Positions 1 through 9,513 of a DNA stretch of 64,000 nt are shown piece by piece. The translations under genes were made by a program, and so were the position numbers. Location of the stretch: positions 23,037-87,036 of the forward strand of contig CANRCE010000001.1 in NCBI GenBank assembly GCA_947629035.1, read 5' to 3'. How positions within the stretch are numbered: position 1 is the stretch's first letter; each line of letters begins with the position of its first letter. Under the pieces are notes generated by a model that saw nothing but the letters and a program-made list of their open reading frames with translations, ran no database searches and had not been told where the DNA came from. The DNA comes from an uncultured Bacilli bacterium (GTDB lineage Bacteria; Bacillota_I; Bacilli_A; RF39; UBA660).

Positions 1-614
1 ATCATAACCAAGACCCTAGCCAAATAATTTATAAACAATAGCTCTGAAATAGCATTAATTTGTAGAACACCCATATAGCTTACTACAGAAAAAATTACAC
101 TATCAATAACCATAATTAATGCCGAAGTAAGACATCTATCTATTCTATCAGTACTTCCAATTGGCTTAATAAAATTATAAACAGATTCCGTAACTACAAT
201 ATCTAAAATCACTGTTACAACAGTAGCAATTAAAATACGATAATTACCTAAAAATAACATTCTTATATTAATACCTATCACATCATCTACTGAAGACTCA
301 TAAATACTGCCTAAAATTAACATAATAGAAATAAATAAACTACTAAAAATTAACGCTTTAATAAAATTGTATTTATCTTTCTTACCATATTTTTCTAAAA
401 TAATATAATAAATAGATATTATTGATATATAAGAAATAATATTTAAATTAAGATTAAAAATCCCTAAACTTATAATCTTAAACGATGATACTATATTTAT
501 TCCAACCATCAATATCATTAAAAATAATAATCCTTCTTTATCAAATAATTTATGTACAAAGAAAATACTAAACATACTAATTATCATAAAAATTAGAAAC
601 AAAAGTAAATCCAT
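1..614 (-). CDS. Integral membrane protein, 5' end complete and 3' end truncated by the window edge; possibly VUT/YhhQ (DUF165)-type transporter
   Basis: Reverse-strand ORF starting ATG at 612-614 with RBS AGAGGGTG upstream; translation MDLLLFLIFMIISMF... is strongly hydrophobic and multi-TM. Not in the ORF track because it runs off the window. Confidence 0.4.
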   Translation of the reverse strand, partial: MDLLLFLIFMIISMFSIFFVHKLFDKEGLLFLMILMVGINIVSSFKIISLGIFNLNLNIISYISIISIYYIILEKYGKKDKYNFIKALIFSSLFISIMLILGSIYESSVDDVIGINIRMLFLGNYRILIATVVTVILDIVVTESVYNFIKPIGSTDRIDRCLTSALIMVIDSVIFSVVSYMGVLQINAISELLFINYLARVLVM

Positions 615-820
615 AATAACACCCTCTTTAATTCCATAATTATTATATCATATTTTTTTAAGATACAAAATATTTTTTAACTTTTTTATATAAACATTAA
701 TATTTTCTATACTTTACTTATAATACGATACATAAAAATTATTTTTAATTCGTATAATTTTCAATATTTTAAATAAACTTTTAATTGTTTTTTATAAGTT
801 TTTTATTAATATTATGAACC

Positions 821-1348
821 TTAATTATTTGTTAAAAAATCTAAATCAGTTAATTTATTAATTATTTTAATATAATCTAAATCTTTAGTATCAACAAAAT
901 TTAAATCTTTTGCTTTGTTTAACATCTCTAATAGTTCATCATAATAGTTTTCAAAATTATAAATTATTATTTTTTTACCATCATCCATGTTTCTTCGATT
1001 TTCTAAAATAGATAATAATTCACCTAAACTACCAATTCCTCCTGGTAAAATTAAAAATAAATCTGATTCATTATAAATTTTTTGAGTTCTATCAAAAGTA
1101 TCAACTGTTACTAATTTTTTGTCACAAAAAATATTTTCTAAACATTGTTTATAATGTTCATTTACTATTGCTATTATTTTTCGATTGTTTTCTTTAAATA
1201 TTTTATAACATACTCCCATCATTCCATTAGTGTCTGCTCCAAAGACCAAATCATTATTCTTTGATATTTTAGTACAAATATCACTAGTTAATTTAAAATA
1301 TTTTTTATCAATATTATTTTTTGAACTACAGCCTATAAATATTCTCAT
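821..1348 (-). CDS. LOG family protein (cytokinin riboside 5'-monophosphate phosphoribohydrolase-like, TIGR00730)
   Basis: 175 aa with the PGGxGxxxE signature (LPGGIGSLGELLSILE) and the overall LOG/'lysine decarboxylase-like' layout. Confidence 0.75.
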   Translation of the reverse strand: MRIFIGCSSKNNIDKKYFKLTSDICTKISKNNDLVFGADTNGMMGVCYKIFKENNRKIIAIVNEHYKQCLENIFCDKKLVTVDTFDRTQKIYNESDLFLILPGGIGSLGELLSILENRRNMDDGKKIIIYNFENYYDELLEMLNKAKDLNFVDTKDLDYIKIINKLTDLDFLTNN

Positions 1349-1428
1349 ATTTTTTTACTCCTTAATTTTTAATTTTAACATTATAAGTATAGCAAAGTTT
1401 TAAAAAAAAATAAAGTTATTAACAAAAA

Positions 1429-1455
1429 ATCATAAAACTGATTTAGTCTTATGAT
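1429..1455 (-). terminator. Rho-independent terminator hairpin (ATCATAA...TTATGAT) with an A-run on the + strand (T-run on the - strand) after the DUF2229 gene pair
   Basis: Inverted repeat seen directly; flanking A6 on the + strand gives a U-tract for - strand transcripts. Confidence 0.5.
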
Positions 1456-1465
1456 TTAATGTTTA

Positions 1466-2530
1466 TTATTTATTTTTCTTATCCAATATCATATCATAAA
1501 AAGCTTCTAATCTAGTATCGACGCCTACTTCATTATCTTGAGCATCAAAACTAAAGTAAATAATAGGCATACCGTAATCTTCACTAACTTTAGCCAAGAT
1601 GGGCATAGCATTTATTTCAGGAGTACAGCCAAAACTTTTTATATGAATAATTCCATCATAACCCTCTTGAGCAAGTTGATAAGATAACACTACACTTTCT
1701 GTTGCATCTGCTCCAAGATGATACTTTAAATATTTTTTGCCTTTTTTTAAAAGATGTGGTAGTTTAAATTTTTTTACAATTAATAAATAAGTAAGTGTTG
1801 TAAATCTTTTAACTTCAATTCCCATATTTGCTAGTTTCGTTTCAATATTATAGGAACAAAATGGTTCCATAATTGAATAAAGTTCTCCTACTATAGCAAC
1901 TTTAAGGTGATTTTTTGGCTTATTTATCTTACAGTTGTTATATTTCTTTTTATATTTAAAATAAATTTTAATAAGTTTAATAAATCCAATTTTACCTTTT
2001 ATTTCTTCAAAAAACTCATTTTGAATTTTTTTGAAGCTACCTTTTTCTACTTCAAATCCCATATTTTCTCTTATATTTTTACCTAGGCTATCCATTATTA
2101 TTATCATCGTAATGGTATTTATTAAGTAATAAAAGTATTTAAAAATATTTAATTTTTTATTAATTTTTTTTGCATATTTATAAATATTTATAATAGAAAC
2201 ATGATTATCTTTTATAAAATTTACAAATTCAAAATCATAACCTAAATTTCTTAAAATTTCTTCTTGAAGTTCAGCATAATATCCATAACGGCATCCTCCA
2301 CCAGCTTGTAAAATGACATTTGCTCCCATATTTAAGCTTTCAATGAAATTTCCTAAATTATATTTGAAAGGAACACATACAAAATCAGGAGAATATTTAC
2401 TTCCTATTTCAATTGTTTTTCTTGTTATAAAAGGGGGGATAATAACTTCACATTTTGTTATTTTTTTTATTAGATAACTTATTGGAATATAGTAATCTCC
2501 CATATGGGGAAAAGTAATTTTTTTATTCAT
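1466..2530 (-). CDS. 2-hydroxyacyl-CoA dehydratase-like / CoA-activase-associated protein (DUF2229/HGD-D family)
   Basis: 354 aa. N-terminus ITFPHMGDYY...VCVPFKYNLGNF...QAGGGCRYGYY resembles the second member of the DUF2229 gene pairs of Firmicutes. Confidence 0.45.
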   Translation of the reverse strand: MNKKITFPHMGDYYIPISYLIKKITKCEVIIPPFITRKTIEIGSKYSPDFVCVPFKYNLGNFIESLNMGANVILQAGGGCRYGYYAELQEEILRNLGYDFEFVNFIKDNHVSIINIYKYAKKINKKLNIFKYFYYLINTITMIIIMDSLGKNIRENMGFEVEKGSFKKIQNEFFEEIKGKIGFIKLIKIYFKYKKKYNNCKINKPKNHLKVAIVGELYSIMEPFCSYNIETKLANMGIEVKRFTTLTYLLIVKKFKLPHLLKKGKKYLKYHLGADATESVVLSYQLAQEGYDGIIHIKSFGCTPEINAMPILAKVSEDYGMPIIYFSFDAQDNEVGVDTRLEAFYDMILDKKNK

Positions 2531-3443
2531 TATTACACCTACTTTTAATAATGTCTAAAAAGCTTTCTAATCTTGTCTCCAATCCTGCTTCTGCTGTTGA
2601 TTCATCAATAATAATATTTGTTATTGGAATATTTTTAATTTTTCTTAATATTAATTCATTAACAAGTGAATCTGGACCACAGGGAAAAGCTGTAACAAAA
2701 ATAATTCCATCAACTGCTTCTTTATAGTATGAAATAGCGCCAATTAATTCTTTAGAATATTTCCAATATAAAGTGTTAGATAAGTCTTTAGCATAAGAAA
2801 TAGCAATTTTACGTTCAAGTCTATCTGCAAATAAAACATCTACTTCTTCATGTTTAAAGAAGTTAATTATATTTTCTCCAATATATTTATCATAAATATT
2901 ATAAGGATGAGCTACAATTAAAATTTTTAAATTATTATTTCTAAGTATTTTCTTTTGACTATTCATAAGACTTACATTGTATTGTCTTTCTTTTCTTTTG
3001 GCTTTAAAATAAGATATTAATATTTTAAATATATTTTTATTAACTTTAAATCCTATTTTTAAAAAGGCAAAAAATTCATTATACCATTTTGTAAATTCTA
3101 AATTATAATCTAAAATATTGGCTAAAGGGAAAGTATTTTTTACAACATCATAAATACCATTAAATTTTACACATACTTTATCTTTTTTTCCATAGTCTGC
3201 TACTCTGGGAATTAATATATAATCGCATTTATCAATAAGGCTGTAAACATGTCCCATATATATTTTTGAAGCAAGGCAAGATTCATCAATTGAATACTTT
3301 TTACCGATTTCAACAATATCTTTATTAGTTTCAGGACTTAATATAATATTACAACCTAGCATTTCAAAAAAATTTTTCCATAATATATTATAACGATAAT
3401 ATAAAAATGCTCTAGGAATTCCAATTTTTATTTTTTTTCTCAT
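2523..3443 (-). CDS. 2-hydroxyacyl-CoA dehydratase-like / CoA-activase-associated protein (DUF2229/HGD-D family)
   Basis: 306 aa. IGIPRAFLYYRY..LWKNFFEMLGC.IILSP.TNK.I...G......DESCLASK...GHV..L..KCDYILIPRV matches the characteristic DUF2229 N-terminal block. Overlaps the downstream paralog by 8 nt. Confidence 0.5.
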   Translation of the reverse strand: MRKKIKIGIPRAFLYYRYNILWKNFFEMLGCNIILSPETNKDIVEIGKKYSIDESCLASKIYMGHVYSLIDKCDYILIPRVADYGKKDKVCVKFNGIYDVVKNTFPLANILDYNLEFTKWYNEFFAFLKIGFKVNKNIFKILISYFKAKRKERQYNVSLMNSQKKILRNNNLKILIVAHPYNIYDKYIGENIINFFKHEEVDVLFADRLERKIAISYAKDLSNTLYWKYSKELIGAISYYKEAVDGIIFVTAFPCGPDSLVNELILRKIKNIPITNIIIDESTAEAGLETRLESFLDIIKSRCNNE

Positions 3444-3486
3444 TGTATCACCTAGAAAAATATATGCTTGTACTAAAAAAAAAGAA

Positions 3487-3924
3487 CTAGTTTTCTAATT
3501 CTTCATCATCGACAATTGTCAAATCAGCATAGTCATCATCATCAAAATCATCATCTGTAATGGTATCATAATCATCAATATTATCTTCAAGTTCTTCTTC
3601 TTCAAAATCTTCTTCTAGTTCTTCTTCCTCTTCATCATTACTTTCTTCATAAATATCATCCATCTCAATTTTTACTGCATGATTAGCTTTCAAATCCCAA
3701 TTTCCATTTTCTAATAAAATAAAGTCTTTTGATGTCGTAAGTGATTGAAAAAAGTCTGCGATTTTTTCTTGATATTCATTATCACTTAAGCCTAGCAAGT
3801 TACATACTTCTTTAAACAAAGAAGATGTATTCATTGTTGTTTTATTTTCTTCTAAATACATTTGGGCAATCTTCGTATAAGATAAAAGTTCAAGTTCTTC
3901 TTTAGGTATTTTATTTAATTTCAT
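3487..3924 (-). CDS. rpoE: DNA-directed RNA polymerase delta subunit
   Basis: 145 aa. N-terminal HARE-HTH-like domain (ELLSYTKIAQMYLEE...) followed by a long poly-acidic D/E tail, the typical Firmicute RpoE architecture. Confidence 0.8.
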   Translation of the reverse strand: MKLNKIPKEELELLSYTKIAQMYLEENKTTMNTSSLFKEVCNLLGLSDNEYQEKIADFFQSLTTSKDFILLENGNWDLKANHAVKIEMDDIYEESNDEEEEELEEDFEEEELEDNIDDYDTITDDDFDDDDYADLTIVDDEELEN

Positions 3925-3934
3925 ATTTTTCCTC

Positions 3935-5554
3935 CTACATTTCCTCTCTAGGAATTATTCCTATTAAATTCAAAGCATTATTTATAACAATCTTAATTGC
4001 CGTTAAAAGTGCAATTTTGTCTTTAGTATATTCAACATCATCAGTAATTATTTTAACATTAGCATAATAAGAATGAAATAGACTAGCAAGTTCATAAACG
4101 TAATTAGCAATCAAATGTGGTAATCCCTTTTCTCCAGCCACTTTAACCACATCCTCAAAGGCACATAGTTTATTCAAAATAATATATGTATTAGCATCAC
4201 AAATAGTGCTATATTTTAAATTATCTAAATCTCCCTTATAGCTTTTTAAAATAGAAGATATTCTAGCATTAGCATATTCAATATAGTAAATAGGATTATC
4301 ATTAGATTGACTTGTAGCTAAATCTAGGTCAAAATCCATTTGTGTATCAATACTATGAGCAACAAAGAAAAATCTTGCAGCATTTATACCAACATCATCA
4401 ATTAATTCCATTAACGTATAAGTTTTTCCTGTTCTTTTGCTAAGCTTTAACTCTTGATTATCTTTAATTAATCTAACCATCTGAAGTATTTTTACCTCTA
4501 ACTTATTAGTATCATAACCTAACATAGATAAAGAACCTTTCAATCTATTAATATATCCATGATGATCAGCTCCAAATACATCAATCATTTTATCAAAGCC
4601 TCTTTCATATTTATCAATATGATACGCAATATCGGGCATAAGATAAGTATAGTTACCATCATTTTTAATAAGTACTCTATCTTTCTCATCACCATACGCC
4701 GTAGTTTTTAACCATAAAGCTCCATCTTCAATATAGCAATTACCACTGTTTTTTAATTTGGTTAATGTATTATCAACAATTCCTCGATCATATAATGATT
4801 GTTCACTCGTAAAAACTTCATAATTAACTCTAAAAGTATCCAAATCGTGTTTAATTTGATCTAATAATATATCCAATCCTTCTTTTTTAAAAAATGAAAT
4901 ATCACAATCAAGTTTATTATCTTTATAATAAGAATAAATTTTTTTAGCTATTTCAATTATTTCTTTACCATGATAACCATCTTCAGGTAAATTACAATCT
5001 AATCCACATAACTCTTTATATCTTTCTTTTATAGATATACCAAGATTATTCATTTGATTACCAGCATCATTAATGTAATATTCTCTGACTACATCATAAC
5101 CAATAAAATTTAAAATTCGTGCTAGGCTATCACCATAAACAGCTCCTCTACCATGGCCTATATGTAAAATACCAGTTGGATTAGCACTTACAAATTCTAA
5201 ATTTATTTTTTTATTTTTCCCAATGTCGCATCGACCATAATCATTTTTCATCATTAAGATTTTATCTAATGTCTTTAATAAATAACTAGGACTTATAGTA
5301 AAATTAATGAAACCTGGCATAGCAACCTCAACATTACAAACAACGTCACTATCAATATTATCTTTAATTAAATTAGCAATTTCCATTGGACTTTTGTGTA
5401 AATTTTTAGCCATAACTAAAGCAATATTACTAGCATAATCACCATGATTTTTATCTTTACATATATCAATAGTAATTTCACTTTCTAAAAAGTTTATATC
5501 CAATTTAACTAAACTACATTTTATGATATGTCTTAACTCATCTTTTATACTCAT
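3935..5554 (-). CDS. argS: Arginyl-tRNA synthetase
   Basis: 539 aa. Class I HIGH motif (SANPTGILHIGHGRGAVYGD), ArgRS length and C-terminal anticodon-binding end ...IIPREEM. Confidence 0.95.
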   Translation of the reverse strand: MSIKDELRHIIKCSLVKLDINFLESEITIDICKDKNHGDYASNIALVMAKNLHKSPMEIANLIKDNIDSDVVCNVEVAMPGFINFTISPSYLLKTLDKILMMKNDYGRCDIGKNKKINLEFVSANPTGILHIGHGRGAVYGDSLARILNFIGYDVVREYYINDAGNQMNNLGISIKERYKELCGLDCNLPEDGYHGKEIIEIAKKIYSYYKDNKLDCDISFFKKEGLDILLDQIKHDLDTFRVNYEVFTSEQSLYDRGIVDNTLTKLKNSGNCYIEDGALWLKTTAYGDEKDRVLIKNDGNYTYLMPDIAYHIDKYERGFDKMIDVFGADHHGYINRLKGSLSMLGYDTNKLEVKILQMVRLIKDNQELKLSKRTGKTYTLMELIDDVGINAARFFFVAHSIDTQMDFDLDLATSQSNDNPIYYIEYANARISSILKSYKGDLDNLKYSTICDANTYIILNKLCAFEDVVKVAGEKGLPHLIANYVYELASLFHSYYANVKIITDDVEYTKDKIALLTAIKIVINNALNLIGIIPREEM

Positions 5555-5946
5555 AAATAATCACTCATTTCTATTTTGTATTCATATATATTATCAGTTT
5601 CCTTAACCATATATACAATTTCAATTAAATTATCTTTCTTTATTAAAGATATTGTTTTTATATTAAGCTCTAAATTAACACCATTTTCTTTTAACAAATA
5701 TTGCGTTATTGTATCTTTATTTTCTTTAAAAATCAAAATATTTTTAAACTCTTTGTTTTCTCTTATTAATATAATTTCATCATCATTTAGATGAATTGTA
5801 TTTTTTATATCATCTTCTTTATAAGTAATCTTATTTTTTTCTTTTATAGCAATGGTATCAATATCAAAGCATTCTCTTTCTTCATTATTTTTTAAATATC
5901 CTTTTATCCTTATTTTTATTTTAAAAACCTCCCAACATAATTTCAT
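5551..5946 (-). CDS. DUF1934 (YwiB-like) protein, co-operonic with argS
   Basis: 131 aa, overlaps the argS start by 4 nt. Conserved ywiB-argS gene order in Bacilli/Clostridia. Confidence 0.55.
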   Translation of the reverse strand: MKLCWEVFKIKIRIKGYLKNNEERECFDIDTIAIKEKNKITYKEDDIKNTIHLNDDEIILIRENKEFKNILIFKENKDTITQYLLKENGVNLELNIKTISLIKKDNLIEIVYMVKETDNIYEYKIEMSDYL

Positions 5947-6054
5947 CAGACATTATACCACAAGTTTTATAAAAATAAAACTTATATTTTAACTTTTTTT
6001 GCAAATAATATTTAATACTTGAAATATTTATATATTTAATAAGGATTATATGGG

Positions 6055-8037
6055 GTGAAGAAAATGAAATTTTTAAAAAAAAGTGTCAAGTTATTTATTA
6101 TTTCATTAAGTTTATTTATACTAGCTAATATAGGATTATATATATATTGTATACTTACACCAAAAATGGAAATTAATAAAGCCCAAAGTTATTACCTTTA
6201 TGATAAGGATAAAGAATTAATTTTTGATAACAACGATGATTGGATAAATTTAGAGGATATAAGTCCTTATTTAATAGATGCTACAATTAGTGCTGAAGAT
6301 AAATTTTTCTATAAACATATAGGTTTTGATTATTTACGAATTGCCAAAGCTGTATTAGTAAATATCATAAATCATAATAAATCAGAAGGAGCATCTACGA
6401 TAACTCAACAATATGCAAGAAATCTCTTTTTAAATTTTGATAAAACCTGGTCTCGAAAATTAGATGAAGCTTTACTTGCTTTTGAACTAGAAACTCATTA
6501 TAGCAAAGATGAAATTTTAGAGGGCTATCTTAATACCATAAATTATGGAGGTATATTTGGTATTGAAAATGCATCTTGGTACTATTTTAATAAATCAGCA
6601 AGTGATTTAACTTTAGCAGAGGCTTCCATGCTAGCAGGTATACCACAAAGTCCCTCAAATAATTCACCATTAAAAAATCCTGATAATGCTAAAAATAGAC
6701 AACAAGTGGTTCTTCATCTTATGAAAAAAAATAAGAAAATAACTGAACAAGAATATCAAAATGCTCTTAATACAACTCTAACTTATACAAGTCAAAACAA
6801 TGATAGTAATTTGAGTAGTCTTATGTACTTTAAAGATGCTGTAATTGATGAGTTAAAAGGTATTGATGTTATACCAGATTCCTTAATTGAAACTGGAGGA
6901 CTTCGTGTTTATACAACTTTAGATGTTAAAGCACAAGAAAGTTTAGAAGCAGCATTTAAAACTTACCTTACTTCTGATACTGAAATTCAAACTTCTGGTA
7001 TCATGATAGATCCTAATACAGGAGGAGTATTAGCCTTAATCGGGGGAAATGATTATAATAAAAGTCAATACAATAGGGCAATATATGCCAAAAGACAAGT
7101 TGGATCGACAATGAAACCACTTTTATATTATACTGCTTTAGAAAGTGGTTTTACATCTGCTTCAACTTTTACTAGTGAAAAAACAACTTTTACTTTTTCC
7201 CAAGATCAGACTTATAGCCCTAACAATTATAATGATACATATGCCCAAGGTCCTCTATCGATGGGAGCTGCTATTTCTTATTCTGATAATATCTATGCTG
7301 TTAAAACTCATCTTTTTCTTGGCGAAGATATGCTTGTAGCAACGGGAAAAAGGCTTGGTATAACTAGTCAATTAGATCCTGTTCCCTCACTTGCTCTTGG
7401 AACTGAAGAAATAAGTTTAATTGAAATGGCAACAGCTTATGCTAGCTTTGCTAATCTAGGATATAAGGTAAATAGTCATTTTATTACTAAAGTTGAAGAC
7501 AGCAAAGGAAATATTTTATATGAATATGATGAAGATAAAGATAATGTCCTAAATTCAAGCCTTGTCTATATTTTAAATGAAATGTTAACCTATACCTACG
7601 ATAGTGCATTCATCGATTATAATTATCCTACTGTGATAAGTCTTTTGCCAAAAATTACAAATAAGTATTCCATAAAGACAGGAACTACAGATACCGATAT
7701 GTGGATATTAGGTTATAATAAGGATGTTGTCGTTGGTATTTGGAACGGCTATGATGATAATAGAACAATATCTAGTAAAGATTATGGCTATCATAAAAAT
7801 ATTTGGATAGACACAATTGAAAGTTACTTAAAAGATAAAGATACAAGCTGGTATAAAACTCCAGATAATGTTGTTGGCGTAATGGTAAATCCTATCACAG
7901 GAAAAATAGCGACTGATGCTGATGAAAAAACCAAAGTATTTTATTTTATTAAAGGAACTGAACCTACAATTAATAATAATAGAGATCTTGAAGCAGCCTT
8001 TAAAGAAGACAATAATAAAGAAGATAAAAAAGAATAA
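6055..8037 (+). CDS. Class A penicillin-binding protein (bifunctional glycosyltransferase/transpeptidase, PBP1A-like)
   Basis: 660 aa. N-terminal TM anchor; GT51 motifs (EDKFFYKHIGFD, GASTITQQYARN); transpeptidase SxxK (STMKP), SxN (SYSDN), KTG (KTGTT). Start is ambiguous (GTG 6055 or ATG 6064). Confidence 0.9.
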   Translation: MKKMKFLKKSVKLFIISLSLFILANIGLYIYCILTPKMEINKAQSYYLYDKDKELIFDNNDDWINLEDISPYLIDATISAEDKFFYKHIGFDYLRIAKAVLVNIINHNKSEGASTITQQYARNLFLNFDKTWSRKLDEALLAFELETHYSKDEILEGYLNTINYGGIFGIENASWYYFNKSASDLTLAEASMLAGIPQSPSNNSPLKNPDNAKNRQQVVLHLMKKNKKITEQEYQNALNTTLTYTSQNNDSNLSSLMYFKDAVIDELKGIDVIPDSLIETGGLRVYTTLDVKAQESLEAAFKTYLTSDTEIQTSGIMIDPNTGGVLALIGGNDYNKSQYNRAIYAKRQVGSTMKPLLYYTALESGFTSASTFTSEKTTFTFSQDQTYSPNNYNDTYAQGPLSMGAAISYSDNIYAVKTHLFLGEDMLVATGKRLGITSQLDPVPSLALGTEEISLIEMATAYASFANLGYKVNSHFITKVEDSKGNILYEYDEDKDNVLNSSLVYILNEMLTYTYDSAFIDYNYPTVISLLPKITNKYSIKTGTTDTDMWILGYNKDVVVGIWNGYDDNRTISSKDYGYHKNIWIDTIESYLKDKDTSWYKTPDNVVGVMVNPITGKIATDADEKTKVFYFIKGTEPTINNNRDLEAAFKEDNNKEDKKE

Positions 8038-8093
8038 AATTTTTATTGGCTAAATTAATTGATTTTGTTATAATTACCTAAAGAGGTGATTAT

Positions 8094-8519
8094 ATGTTTA
8101 AATTAGGAAAATTAGAAAATACAACTAATGAAAAAATAACAATTATCAACAATAAAAGTGAAAATTCTTATGAATATCTTACTTTTAACATTGAAGGTCA
8201 AGTTAAAGATGATAGTTTTTGTTTTTCTTTTAATCTTAATTGTAATCCAAAAAAACTTTTAGAAGTCAAAAAGGCAAGTGAAGTTGATTTTAAAAAATAT
8301 ATCGATACTTCTTCTATTAGCTTTTCAAAAATAAATTCTAAAAAAGAAAAAATTAAAGATGATAATATCATATCTCAACTAACATTAACAAGATTATATG
8401 ATACAAGATATCTCATTCATCTAAATTTCTTTGTTTATTTAAGTGATACCAAAGAATATTATTCATCTCTCATTGGTTTTAGATTTAATTTAGATAATTA
8501 TTTAAAAAAGACCAGTTAA
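8094..8519 (+). CDS. Hypothetical protein
   Basis: 141-aa ORF with no recognisable motifs. Its position after the PBP gene and an RBS-like AGAGGTG upstream support coding. Confidence 0.4.
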   Translation: MFKLGKLENTTNEKITIINNKSENSYEYLTFNIEGQVKDDSFCFSFNLNCNPKKLLEVKKASEVDFKKYIDTSSISFSKINSKKEKIKDDNIISQLTLTRLYDTRYLIHLNFFVYLSDTKEYYSSLIGFRFNLDNYLKKTS

Positions 8520-8545
8520 AGTAAATTATTTTCTATTTACTTCAA

Positions 8546-9277
8546 TTAGTCTTTTTTCTTTATAAATATATATCTATCTTTTCCACTTAAATCCTTGTCG
8601 ATAATAACTTCAATATTATCAAGATACTTATGGGCCATACGTTTAATATCCAAAGCCTGTTTATAACCAATTTCAAAAGCTATTAAAAAATTATCTTTTA
8701 AATATTTTTTAATGTTTTTTAATATTTCATCATAATAATATAAACCATTATTTTTAGCATATAAAGCAATATGGGGTTCATTGTTTTTAACAACATCCAT
8801 AATTTCTTCATCATATGAAAGATAAGGGGGATTAGAAATGATAATATCAAAAACGCCATTAATATTAGAAAACAAATCACTTTGAACAAAAGTTATATCT
8901 GTATAATTATTTTTAGCATTTTCCTTTGCGACTGTTAAAGCTTCAGGCGATATATCACTTGCAACTACCGTACAATCTAATTTTTTTTTAAGAGTTATCG
9001 CAATTGCTCCACTACCAGTACCAATATCTAAAATACTAATTTTTTCTTTAAACATTTTTTTAGCAAAATTTATTGTTTTTTCCACAAGCGTTTCTGTTTC
9101 AAAACGAGGAATTAAGACATTTTTATTAACTATTAATTTATTTCCATAAAAATCAACATTACCCACAATATATTGAATAGCTTCACCATTTTTTAACCTT
9201 AAGATTGCCTCTTCTAAATCATTATTATCAAGATTTTTTTTTAAATACTCAATGTCTTTTGGAGTTACTGTTGACAT
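8546..9277 (-). CDS. prmC: Release factor glutamine N5-methyltransferase
   Basis: 243 aa. SAM-binding DIGTGSGAIA and catalytic NPPY (ISNPPYL). Immediately downstream of prfA. Confidence 0.9.
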   Translation of the reverse strand: MSTVTPKDIEYLKKNLDNNDLEEAILRLKNGEAIQYIVGNVDFYGNKLIVNKNVLIPRFETETLVEKTINFAKKMFKEKISILDIGTGSGAIAITLKKKLDCTVVASDISPEALTVAKENAKNNYTDITFVQSDLFSNINGVFDIIISNPPYLSYDEEIMDVVKNNEPHIALYAKNNGLYYYDEILKNIKKYLKDNFLIAFEIGYKQALDIKRMAHKYLDNIEVIIDKDLSGKDRYIFIKKKD

Positions 9278-9513
9278 TTTTTTATTAACTCCTTTACTTT
9301 ATCTTTATCTTGATATTCTTTATCAGATAACATAAAAATGCTAACATCTATTACTTCATAATGTTTAGTTTCCGTTTTACACTTATAACAGTATAAATCT
9401 TTTATATGAGAAACTCCTCTAGATTTTTTACTTTGTCGAAAAATAGTATCAACATTTCCACATTCTAAACAAACTAAATCACTACGATATATATTATTAT
9501 TTCTCATTACCAC
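9265..9513 (-). CDS. Small zinc-ribbon protein (C4; L33-like cysteine pattern) embedded in the prfA-prmC operon
   Basis: 82 aa. CLEC...CYKC (CxxC-x23-CxxC). Overlaps the prfA stop and the prmC start, suggesting translational coupling. The pattern CxECGxxxx...YCxKCKxxTxHxE resembles ribosomal protein L33. Confidence 0.5.
   Translation of the reverse strand: MVMRNNNIYRSDLVCLECGNVDTIFRQSKKSRGVSHIKDLYCYKCKTETKHYEVIDVSIFMLSDKEYQDKDKVKELIKKCQQ

Noticed and set aside
5576-5794. Opposite-strand or embedded ORFs from the six-frame track: 5576-5794, 7145-7339, 18672-18920, 19155-19385, 20490-20879, 21105-21350, 24345-24575, 30107-30409, 31350-31574, 33668-33871, 37245-37436, 38004-38264, 39271-39501, 41998-42279, 42451-42672, 44053-44274, 47857-48096, 48658-48861, 49093-49278, 50335-50571, 53716-54045, 54202-54384, 63266-63487
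   Set aside because: Each lies antisense to, or inside, a well-supported protein-coding gene. Their translations are low-complexity, I/L/F/K-rich, typical of AT-rich antisense frames. They lack RBSs and show no recognisable motifs.
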